A DNA stretch of 64,000 nucleotides, taken from NCBI GenBank assembly GCA_951406725.2, contig OX597814.1, positions 39,122,001 through 39,186,000 on the forward strand. Direction: 5' to 3'. The position numbers and the translations under genes are program-made. Shown piece after piece: positions 39,000 to 54,394 of the stretch; the first letter of the stretch is position 1, and each line of letters begins with the position of its first letter. The stretch comes from Octopus vulgaris (lineage: Eukaryota). The notes under the pieces were generated by a model, which ran no database searches, was not told the DNA's origin, and worked only from the letters and a program-made list of their open reading frames with translations.

Positions 39000-40250
39000 G
39001 TTAGTTGCGCTTTTTTATGTATTTGTATATTACAAAGTGACTTTATTGCAAGTAAAGCAGGTCAGTCACTAGATTGTCCTTCTTGGAGCCTGCTGCCGTT
39101 TATGCATCCAGCTTATTCATTTCCATCATCAAATCCTGACCGAATAACTATAATGCCTTAATTAATCTAGAAATAGTATCAAGCTCTTATATATCGCCTT
39201 TCACTTGTTAGATAACTCGTTTCATCCCTCTTGCTTTCACGTGAAAAGCCGCCAAACAGCCGCTGTACTAAATTATCTTTGCAGATTTTGCTTTGAAAAA
39301 AGTGGATTCAGCTTTTGCCTTTAACACTTACCATCAAAGTTCGATGGCAACAACTTTTCTCATCATCAGGTCAATGCAAAACAGAATGTTAAGTTCTGCA
39401 AATCTCCAAGTTCACAGGTGCTTAACTTCCGGAAACATTCCGTAAGGCCGTAACCAATACTGTCAATATTGACAACGCTTGTTTCTTTTCAGATGGTAGG
39501 TTATAGGAGGGCACAGTTCTCTAATACCTTACATCAAAAAAGATTATAATTTTTGCATATATCAATAGAAGGATTATAGTATGGCTGCACAGCAGTCGCT
39601 AATCAACTATTTATGATATCGTCAGATATGAAGACATCAGTTCCAAATATCAGTAATCAGTTTTAAAATGCTCCTGAATATTTCTCCTCTGGAAGAGCAT
39701 CAATGCCAGCCTCATCCATCGATATGTGATAGCAAATAACTCGATTCACCATCAACCAGCAATAAATACATTTTACCCAACGACAAATAAATCAGGGATG
39801 CAGTTCTTTCAGTATTGCATAGAATTCTACAACTCTTCTTCATGTTCTCCACTGCTCCTTTTTACCCCACTGCATAACCTGCTGCAGTATCACCATATCA
39901 CATCTAAGAACACTCAAAATGTTCGTTCCTAAAATGTTAACCGTAATATTATTTCTTTTAGTTACAAAATTCATTAGTAATATCTGCAAAGACATTCTTC
40001 CAGTTAAATTATTTTCAGTATCTAACATTACGCCAAGCGGTAATATGCACGCTATTGGCGTCGGCAATTTTTACGGCTTTTAGCTGCAAATATAACACTC
40101 ATTCCTTGTGCATTCTCTCCCGCTCATTTCAAATTGAAACCACTAAGTTGAAAGGCAATAATTTCTGCAGCGAGCGAATTTATTCACCAGATTTCTGCAA
40201 AGGTTAATATGAAGTTATATTTAAACAAAACGTTTATCGTATTGAGGTGC
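39000..40250 (-). mobile_element. Possible very old hAT-like transposase remnant(s)
   Basis: Weak fragments only: LKELHP/DLFVVG near 39.8 kb and a GQGFD..AG..NG-like stretch near 39.1 kb. Confidence 0.25.
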
Positions 40251-40346
40251 TGACTAACTTCCAGCATTATACCATAGATATATGATTCTTTTTCCCGTCC
40301 ATTAAGCATTGTTTTTGGCCAAGCTTAGAATGTATATGGTTTAGAA

Positions 40347-40688
40347 CAGGGCTAGCCAACCTGAGGCCCACGAGCCGCATGCAGCCCACAGACGTATAAC
40401 TTGCTGCCCGCATTATACTTTCTTGAAATAAGTGGCATCTTTAATGTGTTTAATTTCAAAATAAAATTGTTTTTTTAAAACATTTTAAAAAAATAATTTT
40501 TTAATTTATTAGTGGCAATAAGCTAATTGCCTACAATAATATAATATTAAACAAACGAAAAGTATGAGAAATTCTTGATTTTGTATTTTGATTATTTGAC
40601 TACTAGTGAATATAGTATACAAACGGTCCTGAAAAAAACTTCCTGTCATTAAAGGGGCCTGCAATGTAATTCGAGTTTGCCAAGCTTC
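40347..40688. mobile_element. Non-autonomous hAT (Charlie/MER58-like) MITE with 8-bp TSD
   Basis: Left end cagggctagccaacctgaggcccacgagccgcatgcagccc; degenerate right TIR gagtttgccaagcttc; TSD gtttagaa (40339-40346) and gtttagga (40689-40696) with central TA. Confidence 0.75.
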
Positions 40689-42585
40689 GTTTAGGACAAG
40701 GAGACGCCTTCAGGTATAATTGCCTTTTGCTTTCCAAGAATAACGTAATCAACTTAACGGTCGTGGAACTTCAAGTATGGTACGGTAAGTAGCGAGCTCA
40801 GGTGCAATTATCCCAGTATCTTTAAAGTCATTCACTGACTGTGAGTGTCGTAGGAAAATTGGCACAGAATTTAGTGAAATAAAAGTACAAGTATTATTTA
40901 TTTTCACTTACAGATTCAATGATCTTCACGAAAATATATGTTCCATAACCTTCTTTTTTTAATGATTTACCTGGGCAATCTATAGCTGTTCTCTGCAGAA
41001 TAATTCTCTCAGCAGTGATGCATCTTTTTCTGCAATCCAAAACAAAATAGTTTATTATGAGCGATTGATAAATTTTTAACATTTTGAAGACATGCTTGCT
41101 TAAAAAATTTTACGTTTCTCTCACATAATGTATCTTCCGCTCTCAAGAAGGCGCTGAGTCAGATCTCAAGCCCTTAAGAGAGGCATGCATGTTTTCCTTT
41201 CATCGTTCTCCGGAAATCTCACCTCTTGAAAATTACGCAATAGCCTCCGTAATATGTGAATACATACGGTGCAGATACGACGCTTTTCTAGATAACAGTG
41301 ACTATCATTCATTGTTGTGAATATTGAATGGTGGTATCATGAGAAGTCACGCAGTGGTCATGAGCATAATAAATCGCACAATTGTAAAATAATTTCTTCC
41401 CAGCATTCTGAACCAAGCTTGGATCGCAAAGACAGACACCGACAAGATCTAATAACATTAGTATGCATATATAAAAACTGTCTGATATGGCATGCAAGAG
41501 TCGTAAACAGACTTTCCTCGATCTTGTGTGAATCAATACGTTAGATATTCAGTTACTGAGACATAAGGTGCTGAGGAAATGAAGTCTAGAAAATACGGAC
41601 ATCTATTTGGACGTTATGTGTTTCCGTCGCTAGCGTTTGAAAGAAGATTGATTTGTGAATCCCCACAAGTACAATTTTACTTGTAATTGATTTTTTGTAT
41701 GTCAGAGACGCCCAATATGTCATTGTTGTCTGTAAGGTTTTTTTTAGTGCATTTTGTTTGTCAAAAAATACGCAAAAGGAGGGGGTCGTGCACTAGAGCC
41801 TAAGAACAATTTATATATTATGTTGACTATATCTGATAATCACTATTTGTACTAATTGATTCACTTTGCAAGACGAATTAAATTTGTTTCACATTTATAC
41901 AGGAAACGGAAACTGAACGTACGGCAAGTTTGCACTGAGTTTTGTCTGAAGCGTGAATAGTTAATAAAACTAAAATTTTGTCCTAAATTTTCTGCAGTAC
42001 TTCAGAACGAGAATCGGCATTTTTCTTGCAAGCATTCAATTATGTTCTAATTTTTATAAAACTATTATGTGGCTCTTTAAATGTTAATTTATTGGTGTTT
42101 AACGTACGCGTAAGTAAAAGGAAAACAAGAATTTGCTCGAAAAAAATTACAAAATAAGCAGACCGCTGACTGTGCCAAGATAAAAATCACAATAATACCT
42201 TATCAAAAAGGAAGACATAAATTCCATCAATAAATATAAGTATTATGCTCGCTGTGCACCATTTATCAGAACAAGACAAAACACACTTTACAAAACACAC
42301 CTACTTCTTCTTCCATGCATATCTATCTATTTCTCTCCCTCCTCTTCTCAATCTCTTCCTCGTCCCCCTATCTCTCTCAATATATTATAGAGACATAAAT
42401 GTATATATGCAAGCATGTAGCAGAATGCCAATGTATACTGTACGTATGCATGTATTTTATATATGCAGATATATGTGGGATATTATGCGCATATATATCG
42501 TTCTAACTTCGTTGTGGGCAAGCTAGGGCACTATTCTTAGGGTTTCTAATTTAAGCTCTGCTACATATTTTTGCCTAGTTTTGTT

Positions 42586-42756
<171 letters not shown>

Positions 42757-43960
42757 ATATTTATATACACACAACATATTAGACTGTTAGAAAGGAAAAA
42801 AATCTTAATATCAAGCAACAAGTGACCTTAGATGCCAAGAACCTTCCTTAGTATCCTAGCGTCCCTAATAACACTGTTTTATGGAACTGTACTATCCATC
42901 TATTCAGATATTTAGTGATAGTTCCCACTGCACTGGGATATATTTTAACCGCTCATTCCATAGTCTCTGTAATTCAATAGTACTTTGCTATTTTTTCTAT
43001 ACCTCTTCTATCGATCTTTTCCTCATTTGGAACTCTAAAGTCAATCATCCTGCACCTTCTAGTCCCTTAATATATTATTACTAAATTAGGCCTTCTAGCT
43101 TCTATTACTCCGTCAGTCAGAACGTTAAGGTCTCACAACATCTTTATTTTTTTATCTTCTAGTACTTTCTGCATAATTTCCCGTGGGTTACTCTCCCTAA
43201 GATGCCCTGCCTTTCGTAGTATTCTTTCTGTGCAAGCATGCTACATTCATTTACTATGAGTAGCGCTTTCTGATTTTGATCTGCATAACCTAAATTGGAA
43301 ATCTACTTGGCTATCTTGGCTCTTATCGAATTAGTCTTTAATGCTTGGTCTTGCGCAACTAATAACAAACTTACTATCTCTATTTTCAGCTTTCTTTTCT
43401 GCAACCATAGCCATGTCTCATTACAACTATTTCATAAAACTATCTTTGGGAATCTACCATGTAACGCCTTCTCCTGGCAATTTGATACTTCGTTTTTTTT
43501 TTCTGGGTTTTACTTTGTTTGGGTTTTTGCTTCCCTATGTCTTGCTGTGACACTAAGAGCTTTCAATAAACTTTCTTCACTGTTACATACATAGGTGTTT
43601 TTATCTACTCTAGCTAAGTCCTACTGCCTCGTCTTGCATTTCCAGGTCTCTCATGATATCTTCTACCCCTAATTAAATCATCTACTTTCGTCTTTAAATA
43701 GCATTCGCTTCATCTACTAAACTCTGCTCAGGCACTTTAAACATAGACTTCTCTACACAAAGTGTTAACCTACCTTTTCTTTAGCCCCTCTTTTTAGGTT
43801 TACTTTCTAAGTAGCAGTACATCACTATCCTTTCTTCTTCGCTAGTCCACGTCCTTCTCCTCTCTTTATTATCTTCTGATATTGCATTAAGATAACAGCT
43901 GCCGTCAGTCTACATTCTTAGTGAACCACTAACGACCGAGATGACTTCCCTTAAAGGTCC
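42757..43960 (-). mobile_element. R4/Dong-type non-LTR retrotransposon 3' fragment (CCHC knuckle and restriction-like endonuclease), pseudogenised
   Basis: Minus strand: GEGRGL, ALHGRF, TWLWLQKRKLK..AQDQALKTNSIRAKI, RLCRSKSESATH..ECSMLAQKEY, DLNVLTDGVIEARRPNLVI..MIDFRVP..EKIAKY, LQRLW, KTVLLGT(A)RILRKVLGI* (stop at 42828-42830), then a short 3' UTR running into (TAA)n. Confidence 0.88.
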
Positions 43961-44399
43961 AGCTTAAAATTCGCTGTTACAATCAGAGTTTCTTCGGAAA
44001 ATCATGCCTCGCATTAACTGAGGTGAGGTAACGTTCGTTACCAACGTTATCAGCACTATTATTTTCCGACATCCATCTGATAGTTTCAAGCAGCTTTCTA
44101 ATGCCTCATTTGTTGCACCTTTGTGCTGGTGGGGTAGTGTGTGCCGCATTTTTGCGGGGAGCAGAGCGGATATTGCATTGTATCAGTATGTTTTATTGTG
44201 AGGTATGCTTGAGTCTTCTGTTGCAGTAGTTTTTTATACTATGTGATGTTTGTGCAGTGCTGACTGTGTTCTTTTCTCGGGTATTGAACTTCTATGGAAC
44301 ATGTTGTAAGCATTGTTCAAATTCCTGGCTATTTACGACATGAGTTTACTCCTGTTTTGCATATTAGTGTATGTAAATCATAAATCAACTATTTCATAG

Positions 44400-44860
44400 T
44401 ATTTATGTTTATTTGTCCACCGTCCGTTTCTTTTTATGTTGGTTTTGGTATGGGTTCATTTTTACAGCAGTGTATACCATAAAGGTGAAACTGGGGTTCA
44501 AATATACGAAGCCTAATATAGCCATCAAAACTGTCCGCCTAATAAGAGTACAACAAGAACATACATCACAATCATATCCGTGCATTATGGTGATCTGATA
44601 TCAATCTAAACAGCACATGACTTTGCAGGTCGGGCTCAGTTAGGAATTTCTTCAGGGTCGATTAGACGATTCGTTTTAAAAGGTCTCTAACTAAGGGTTA
44701 TTTAAGTATGATAAACGAAACACCCATGTTTCCAGAGGTAAATTATACAAATTCCACAGAATTTTTCTCAATATATGGCTATAATACTCCTCTCTAATTT
44801 TATTCGCGAGCAGATATGCAAATATCGTCAGACACTAAGGGACTTGCTAAACTGGTTTAT
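44400..44860. repeat. Probable interspersed repeat, unclassified
   Basis: Recognised only from memory of octopus repeats (acacccatgtttccagagg..atatcgtcagacactaagggac); single copy in this window. Confidence 0.35.
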
Positions 44861-45481
44861 CACTTCACAACCGATGCTGACAATTTTGTACCCTTGTGTC
44901 CCACTGTTTAATAACATACATACATACATACATACATATGTATACACCCCTGCACACACCTATGCACATGTCTATTACCATGAATTTCATTCAGCATCGT
45001 ACAAGATGGTTACACTTTCACACAACAAATTATATTGTAGGCGACATCTATATTTAATACACTGTGATTTCTTTCTTGCGGGTATTAAGTATACCCATGT
45101 TAATTTTTGCACCTGTGTTCGAAAAGAAATTTGTAAAATCCTTGTCCGTTATTGAAGTTCCTATTAATCTAAAGTACAATGTATGACTTTTTTTTACATG
45201 CTTACACCTTTTCATCTCATAAATTGTTACAGTATACCTGTTACACAATATTTCGAAGTGTATTATTGGTCACCTTTCAAGGAATACTTTCACTGCAACG
45301 CTTGCGGCATTTGTCTACCTCGCGTTTGCATTTCTACATTAGACAGTCGATTCGAGAATGTAGACGACTATATTATGTAAAATGCAAAGGATATTCGCAC
45401 CAGATTGAAGCAAAACACACATTTTATAAGGGGGAGGAAATTTCAAGTGTATGTCAATATGTATCTGGTTTTAACAGCAAC

Positions 45482-45517
<36 letters not shown>

Positions 45518-45563
45518 ATGAGTGTGTGTATATACGTGTGTGTATATATATATATATATATAT

Positions 45564-45895
<332 letters not shown>

Positions 45896-47145
45896 CTGTA
45901 TGTATGTGCATATTTACATGCAATTGTGTCTGATATGGATTTATTTATAACCACTTTACAGTTAGAATTCTTCAATTCTCTATTTGCTACTGTTTCCGGA
46001 TCAAATGGCAGGCATTAAATATGGTTTTGCAAAAATATATTTAAAATATCAACAACTATTTCTGAATAACAGTAACTTACCTTAGATATTTCCGTGTTTC
46101 CCAATATGTAATCAGTAAACTATTGATAATCTGATGTTCAGTACTAAGATCACATTCGTTGTTCTGAAAATCCCAATGTCTTTCTTGAACATAACGTAGA
46201 ACATGAATTGTTTTTCATTTGCATCTATTTCTCTTATTTTTCCCTGTAAAATCTCCTGTGATATAAACTTAGTTTAACAACATCTGTATAAACTTACTAC
46301 GATATGCCAGTCTTGTTGATCTCTTAAGCCTCATGTTATCTCTGACCATAGAAATATGTTTGCATTCCGCTCGAAGGCAATATAGTTAATCTTGATTGTC
46401 TAACTCGACATTATAACTTATAACCTTTTGTGTAGCATTCTATTTCTTGATCTTTCTTTAGATAAACCGTTCTATAAAATATGCCAAAATGAATTAAGGT
46501 GCCCTGTGTGTAAAGAACTGAAAGTTTAGATATACACGTTCATTACGAAAAATATTCCTCGTCTATGAAGTTCCGAAAAAATGATGTCGTTATCGGACAG
46601 ATGTTTCGGATTATATTCAGTGACATTTGTTGTAGTTTATGAATGTTTCTGTTGTAGCTTGGCCTTTATTTGAATCCTTATAAATAGAGTAAGTACTGCA
46701 TATGTTGATTAGTACACAATGGCCTATCGCTCCACACCTTGAATCTTAAATAATTACCAATTATTGATTTTCATATAACTATTATGTATGAACAGCTTCT
46801 GCACCTAAACTTTCAACACACGTATTTGTTCTAGTTGTTTTAACCACTCCAGTCCAGAACCACCACAAATATATCAATTGTTCACTAGTTATTCTAATGA
46901 ATATATTTCAGATATTGTGCTTACTTGCTCAACGCTATTCCTTGTGACACTTTCTCTACGGTCCATTTTAATTTAGAGGTTATAACATAATTGATATTAA
47001 TAGATGGTCCACTGACTACGCATAAGCTACCTCTGTCTTAATATAAGCTATTATAAGCTATTGGCGCAAATACAACTCTAGCAAAACAGCGTTCCCGAAA
47101 CGGGTGAGAATTTTCTTGGCCGTTCATACCTACAAAAAATCACAG

Positions 47146-47146
<1 letters not shown>

Positions 47147-47224
<78 letters not shown>

Positions 47225-47226
47225 TA
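47147..47226. repeat. (TA)n microsatellite
   Basis: Direct observation. Confidence 0.95.
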
Positions 47227-47708
47227 GTTCTCTAAAATTAACAGCTGACAGATTTAAGAAAGCAATGACTTTGTTGATAATGTTTCTATGTTGCTAACGC
47301 TATATCTGAAAATAAGATGGTGAGATTACAAATGAAATGTCTTTGGCAATATGTGTCTGTGTCAGTTATGACATGGGAATAAACAAAATCATAGACAATT
47401 AGATAAATAATTCAAAAACACTAGATGCATTTAAATTAATTAATTATGCATACAAACTGACAACATGCTTCAGCAGGCTATCTTTCTGAGAAACAGAACA
47501 TACAAAATGAAACTACTTTCTCACAAATTATCCAGCGATTACAATTGAGTAATAACAAGTTACACGTACCTTTGCACATCATGTGTATAAGGTATTGAGT
47601 ACTCATTCTTATCTGAATTAAGATGAATACTCTGGTGGTATCTAAAATGCATGCATGTATGTTTGTATATATATAGATATATGCATACATACATACATAC
47701 ATACGTAG

Positions 47709-48020
47709 ATGGTTCCGGGTTCAGACCCACTGCCTGGCACATTGGGCAAGTGTCTTCTACTATAGCCTCGGGCCGACCAAAGCCACGTGAGTAGATATGC
47801 TACAGGGAAACCGATAGAAGCCCGTCATATCCCATCATCGCTTCACATCAAACGATGTTGGTGTGTTTAAGTTCCCGTAACTTAACGATTCACCAAAAGT
47901 GACTGATAGAATAAATACTAGGCTTTAAAAAATAAGTCCAGGGGTTGATTTGTCCGCCGAAAAGCCCCTCATGTCGGTGCTCCTGCATGGTCACATTCGA
48001 ATGACTGAAACAAGTAAGAT
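47709..48020 (+). mobile_element. SINE family B, 5'-clipped copy
   Basis: atggttccgggttcagacccactgc..ttgggcaagtgtcttctactatagcctcgggccgaccaaagcc..gactgaaacaagtaa. Confidence 0.85.
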
Positions 48021-49199
48021 AATCAAAGAATAGAATAATACGTTTGCATTACCATCATCATTATTGTGGTCACCGTCGTCGATTTTCTTCCTATTACTGT
48101 TCCTCTTTCATGACGTTAGTATTTCTCTGTTACATTTTCGATAGAAATAAAGACCAAAAAAACAAAAAAAAAACAAGAAAATTATACATATATGGTACCA
48201 AAAAGAATCTACCAATAAAACTATTCTATGTATACTCCTACTGAAAATGTCGTTGGAGAGTGTCAATCATCTCCAAGGACTGTTCGATAGAGTTGTGTAT
48301 ACTGCATTTATAAATTGCTTATATGAAATTAGCGAATGCTAAGTTCATTCCCACAATGTTTCTATTATTATGAACATTATCTATATATTATTTTATAGCC
48401 CTTTCCGGATCACATAAACCCAGTGTGATTTAGTAATGGGGTTGGGAATTTCAACATCATTAATAGTAATTGCCGCAACCTTAATATATTTGTCGGGTAC
48501 AGAACACATCCATTTACACACACACACACACAACACAAACACACATACGTATACACAGATATACACGACATAAATTACAAGAGTTTGTATTATCAACTGG
48601 GTTTAGTTTTCATTGAAACCAATCAGCAGATGCCCAATCCATTTTATATTACCTACATAAACAAGCTCGCATTGTAGACTCCAATATAATCTGTTGTGAG
48701 TTTGGTGCATTACCATGTCAACTTAATTTGCTTCAAATGTCACTGCAAGACACTATATACGCCATAATCGATAATCAATTCTCTTTCCTTGGTCATAATA
48801 TATGTATAGAAACTAATTCTCTAAGTTATAACGTCTGACAAATGATCCAAATAAATGATCCAGAGTGGAATCCTATTTTCCTCGTTTCATTCCTTCAGAA
48901 ACTGGACTAATGGAAATAGAAACTACAATCCACTAAAAGTATAACAGACAGTCTTATGAAACAACATAATGCATAAGCCTTTGGCAGATTGTTTTTAAAG
49001 ATTTGGGAGGGATCTTTGTGGAACGACTTTCATGTATCAAATAAATGGTGCTGATTGGGGCAAAAAAAAAGCAGCATTTGCTATATTACTCTGAAAGATA
49101 TTGCTAAATTATATGGAGTGTTTGAAAGTTAGGAGACCGCGAAAAGCTACACATTTCATCACATCTATTTTAAAAAAGAGAATAAAACTTTGATGGAGA

Positions 49200-49228
49200 T
49201 AATAATAATAGTGATAATAATAATAATG

Positions 49229-49326
<98 letters not shown>

Positions 49327-49379
49327 AATACTAATATTATTAATAATAATAATATTAATAATAATAATAATAATAATAA
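49200..49379. repeat. (TAA)n microsatellite
   Basis: Direct observation. Confidence 0.95.
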
Positions 49380-50128
49380 ACCATTGACTTTATAGGAAAT
49401 TAGTGAAGAGAAGTCGTGTGTTAATTCTTGAATGAAACTCAGCGGAAGGCAAAATATATGATCGATCAAAACATTATTTGTAAAGAATCTTTCGAAAATT
49501 CCAATACGTTCAACATTTTCTTGCAATGAAAGCTATATGTTTTTTCAACAATATTCCTGACAAGATAAATTGGGCGTTGGAGAAAATTTATGATGCAGCA
49601 AGATATAATCAAATGTAAAGAAGTGTATAATTAACAACACTTCGTAAACATAATCATTCTCAATTGTTACTCGCTCAGTTGATAGATTTCAATAAACTGT
49701 TGTTTAAACTAGTCCTGTTATATTTTTATATCAAATATCGAAATCTATACACTGAAGGTTAAATGTCAATATTAATGAGTAGATGTTCGTTAATGACAAC
49801 TTCAAACTCTTTATTATTATTATTCCTTTTGTCTAAAATTGATGGATTGCTCGGAGAGAAAATTATGCGAGAAATCATTTGATGCTCTCGTCACGGCAAC
49901 CTGAACAGAGATCCTGCGTACACTATACGCTACTATACAATTATATAAATATCCAAGAGACTTCTAGATATTGAGTACTACAGGAATTGAACGACTTTGT
50001 TTTCTACTTAATAATGAACTATGAATCGATTAATCTATTTTATCTATTAACTTATCTTATCATTTTCAAAGTATATCAAACACCACACAAACCACAAACT
50101 ATAATCTATGAATATTTATCTTCTTTGA

Positions 50129-50325
50129 AATGGCGAACTAGCAGAATCTTCAGTATACAGGGTAACATACTCAGCGACTTTTTGTCCGTCTTCATGTCCC
50201 ACCGAGGTCGACTATGCCTTTCATCTTTTCGGGATCGATATTATGAGCATCACTTAAGCGCTGGGGTCGATGTAATAGATATGAACTCTCCCGTGAAATT
50301 ACTGGCCTTGTGTCAAAATTTTGAT
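50129..50325 (+). mobile_element. SINE family A, degenerate copy with type-2 tail
   Basis: ccgaggtcgactatgccttttcatcttttcgggatcgata..ctggggtcgatgtaatagat..actggccttgtgtc. Confidence 0.75.
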
Positions 50326-50380
50326 ATCACTATTTATCTATCTCATTTATTATTTGTGTCTGTCAGTATGTCTGTCAGTA

Positions 50381-50410
<30 letters not shown>

Positions 50411-50411
<1 letters not shown>

Positions 50412-50520
50412 AAACGTTAAATCCTCCTTCTTTCTTTCCTTTCCTGAGCGTCCAATGACACTACACTTGTTCCACGTTCTCGCGTTGTTGTGTTTTCTCT
50501 TTGTTCATGTTTGTATTAAT
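50411..50520 (+). mobile_element. Truncated copy of the 20039-20235 repeat
   Basis: aaacgttaaa..cctgagcgtccaat..ttgttccacgttctcgcgttgttgtgtttt matches the reverse complement of 20039-20142; it begins inside the GAAA box and ends in (TA)n. Confidence 0.8.
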
Positions 50521-50722
50521 CATATATATATATATATAGAGAGAGAGAAATATATATATATAGAGAGAGAGAGAAATAGATAGATAGATAGAGAGAGAAA
50601 TAGAGAGAGAAAGAGAAATATATAGATAGAGAGAGAGAGAAATAGATAGAAAGAGAAAGAGAGAGAAATAGATAGATAGAGAGATATATATACTGTTGTT
50701 GGATAGCTAGATGAATTAAAAT

Positions 50723-51034
50723 CAGATCGTAGCAAGTTAATGAATTTATAGAGGCGACGTCTTTCATCTGTAGTGTTTAGCCCGAATGCCCCACAGTCTC
50801 GAAGTGTCAGTTTCAGTAACAACTCGGCTTTTGATATACCATGAGCTAAGAAATAGGAGTAATATCACTCAAGAGGAATCTCCAGACAATCATACAGGGT
50901 TCCAGTGACATAACCAACATTTAGAAATGTTTTTAAATAGAACAGCATCACCCGACGATATCTGAAGCTATGCTGGCTAAACACTACTGATGAATGACGT
51001 CACTTCTATGAACTTATTAACTTGCTACGGTCTG
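50723..51034. mobile_element. MITE-like element with ~60-bp inverted termini
   Basis: 50723-50782 is the reverse complement of 50975-51034 with about 8 mismatches. Confidence 0.8.
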
Positions 51035-51779
51035 TTTATATATATATTTCAAACAACTCATATATTCGATAAATATTTTTGAAATTTAGTCAACTGCCTA
51101 TGTATATAACTATGAATAAAAGAAGTTGATTAGTGTGTAATGTTAACGTCTCTGATCAATTTATTATTGTGTTTATTCCGTAATTCTCTGTCTTCTGAGT
51201 AACATTTCTGTATCGACCCAAGCACTTGATGAGCTTTAAATCAAGAATCCATACTGTTGATTCCTTCTCATCATAATCATTCTCCTGTTTATCTACATCA
51301 TCACAAATATCTGCTGCAATGACATCAGCAGCAATATAAATATTTTGTGGCAAAATCCGTATTAGGATTTAACGTAAAAATTCCCAAAATCTTTATGAAA
51401 GTTATTAATCATTTAGCATTATTATTCGTAATAACCATCATATTCATCTGCATCATTCTTCATATTTATCGCATGCTCGTATCATGTACATTATTATGAT
51501 ATGTTTATCTGGCTAAGTGCCAAAGTATAATACATAGAAGCATACCTCTCATATCTGATATTGAAACACAATACATTTTAACATCCCATAAACAGTGCAT
51601 TACATACTAAAGCATAGTGTAATAGATGTCAGAATTAAGAACGATTGATATATCTTGTCACTAATATCAACAAATCACTAGTTAGTGTTTGCAGAAACCA
51701 TCATCGTCATAATCATATTCCTCCTCCTCCTCCTCCTCCTCCTCGTCTTTGTCGTCGTATCACAATCGCGAAACAGAAG

Positions 51780-52650
51780 ATATTTCTGTCGATATACATC
51801 GTTTTAACAGGACCTGTATAATTCCATAATTCTAGTGACAAGATACGTCCATCACTCTTATTACGGATATATAATACATATTGCTTTCCTATGGATTAAT
51901 CTGCTTTATCAGATACTAACTAGAATTGTGTTTCAGTTATTAGATATCAGAAGCATTATTGCAACCTGAATATTTTAATGACAGAATCACTTTTTATATT
52001 CATGTGTGATGTGGGTGCTATTATAATTCAAAGTATATTGAACTTGATGAGATCGTTGTTGTTCACGTACGTATTGAACTTTTATGACATAGCATGTATC
52101 TAATAGAGCGTGGGAGTTCAAAATGGTACTTCCAAGCAAAGGATTTAGAAGCGTTTATGGTTGTCGAAGTTTAGATATGACGGTATATTTATTTTTGATT
52201 ATCCCCGGAAGAACCCAGAGTGATTATCGAAGTTGTCGTCCTATTCATATGTATTTATATTCAGACAGGTATTCTTTTATTCTGTAAGTTTATATTTTTC
52301 CATATCATTCTTTTTTGGCTGTATGAATGTGTGTCTAACAACTATTGTACTTTTGTTAATGAGTGAAAACAGTTTGATGGTCATAGGGCTGCTTTCCATC
52401 ATTTCTAGTTACTATGTGGAGGATTCTTTCTGGGTTCGTATCGAATGCCGTCTTCTTGAGTGGCAGATAACTCCGGTAGTTATAAATGTCGTTATTAACA
52501 GCATAAATAGAAGTATTAACTATTTGTTCACTTACTTACATCTTTTATCTACCTACACTATAATTTACATGAAAACAACATCACCTTTCATTGTTACTAG
52601 CTTAAACGGGTTCCAGTTATGATGTACTTGCTAAGAGTAATAAATAATGT
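51780..52650 (-). mobile_element. Possible heavily decayed Penelope remnant
   Basis: Weak minus-strand fragments only (ERILHIVT; GCNN near 51.96 kb, resembling the Cys pair before YIG). Confidence 0.25.
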
Positions 52651-54394
52651 AAACGAAGACGATTAAAGAAATACATTAAATTTGTGTGTGAAACGAAGCG
52701 TAATTGTATACGAAATGTTGGACTTGAGACATAAATTTGAAATGAAATATAAAAAGTATTTTATATTTCTTTATACTTTTGTTTTTCTATTTCATTTTTA
52801 TACCGCATTAAAGTAGCTTTCATTTCACCGCCTTGAATTAATAATTTCTGTATTTGGCACAGGGGAACAATATATCAGCGAACAATAACTCCTGGCTTCA
52901 ACAAGACCAATGCACTACTGTACAAAATGCATCGATCTACGAATGTTAAAATGCAAAATTGTGAAGCACAAGATCTAAAATCAAAATGTTAATTTGAAAT
53001 GATTTCTGGAAGTAGCATTTTCAAATGATTAATTAGGAAAATTATTAATAATTGATCGATACTTGGCAGTTAGGTAATTAGGACCATGAGTATTGTCAGT
53101 CGTTTAGACTTGTTTTATTATATTTGCCTTGAACTACTGAGCACTGTTCTATGAACATTGGGTAAGTTCAGTTTTCTTTGTATGTCTTATTTTGTACTAA
53201 TAATTTCCGAAGCTGGAATGCTTTTTTTAGGTAATAACTACTCACATGCCTCTCCATGTACCACATTTCTCTTGTGTCCTATCCACCAGATCACGCACAA
53301 TCGAATAGGTTCAGTGCTACGACCCTAGAATGACATCACTTTCTTATTTTCTCCATGCTCATATTTTCGTGTATGTGACGTACTGCGAGAGTAATATCGC
53401 AAAAGAAATATAAAGACATTAATCTCGCCGGTGACGGTGGGCCTGCAAAAGCCATGAGTGCTGACCCCCTTTCCACACCCAGGAAGCAAGGAAAAATATG
53501 CACAATATGTCTTGTATTGCAATTTTCCGTATTATTATTTTCTGTGCATATTTGTAAGCCACAATACATCTATAATTATTGTAATTGCTTGTATTATATG
53601 TAATTTCGTTTGTTAAGAATTCTATTGTTTTATATTCCTTTAAAATTGTCCATCTATTTCTATGTAATATCTATTGTGTTGCAAAGTGGCTGTGAACAAT
53701 ATACCTTCCGCAGTTGCATCAGATAATTTAGTGAAAATGTTTTGTGTTTCGGTATTTATTAATGTTTTTTTTATTCATTACATGCGTTCTCCCAAAGTGT
53801 TTTCATATTTGAACCACGCATCACCCTTAATTAGTGGTCCTAATATTCCGATAGATTTTCGTTTATTTGCTTGAGCATGGGATAGGGTGATTGCCTAACA
53901 GGCTGCCAAAGCTTTCCTTGCCGCATATTGTTATGATATCAGGACGTTTATAAATCGAAGTGTTATCTCCCAAAGTATATTAGTCAACATATTGCTATCT
54001 ACTGAGTGTGGTTTATAAGCATAATATTCGTTCTCAGGGAATATATAGAAATTTCTCGAGAATGCACAGTTAATAATGATCCCAACAATTTGATATTTCT
54101 GGATATAGTATGTAATACATGGTTTCTTTATACTAATTAATAGTCTGTAATCAGGTTTAAATCTTTGTTTTATTATTTTTGTAGTTTCTCTTCCAGAACT
54201 CGTGTTCTCATCTTCAGTCTAATCCTATGATTCATTCTGATTTTTATGTTTCCGAATGTTCTCTAAAACAAATGTGCAGAATACTGATCGTATCTTGTCT
54301 TTTATATCTATTCTTTCTATTTTATTTCTTAGAGTACTCAGGTGGGTGTTTCAGAAGTGCTAGTTAGTCGCACAAAATGTCATGAAATATTACT

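Noticed and set aside
41480-41660. Possible Tc1/mariner remnant (CPYFLDF, resembling PPYSPDL)
   Set aside because: Too degenerate to support
43295-43594. Hydrophobic plus-strand ORF resembling a membrane protein
   Set aside because: Antisense shadow of the R4/Dong LINE coding sequence
49987-50583. Longest ORF (198 aa)
   Set aside because: Runs through a SINE, a (CT)n tract and the truncated hammerhead repeat; chance frame
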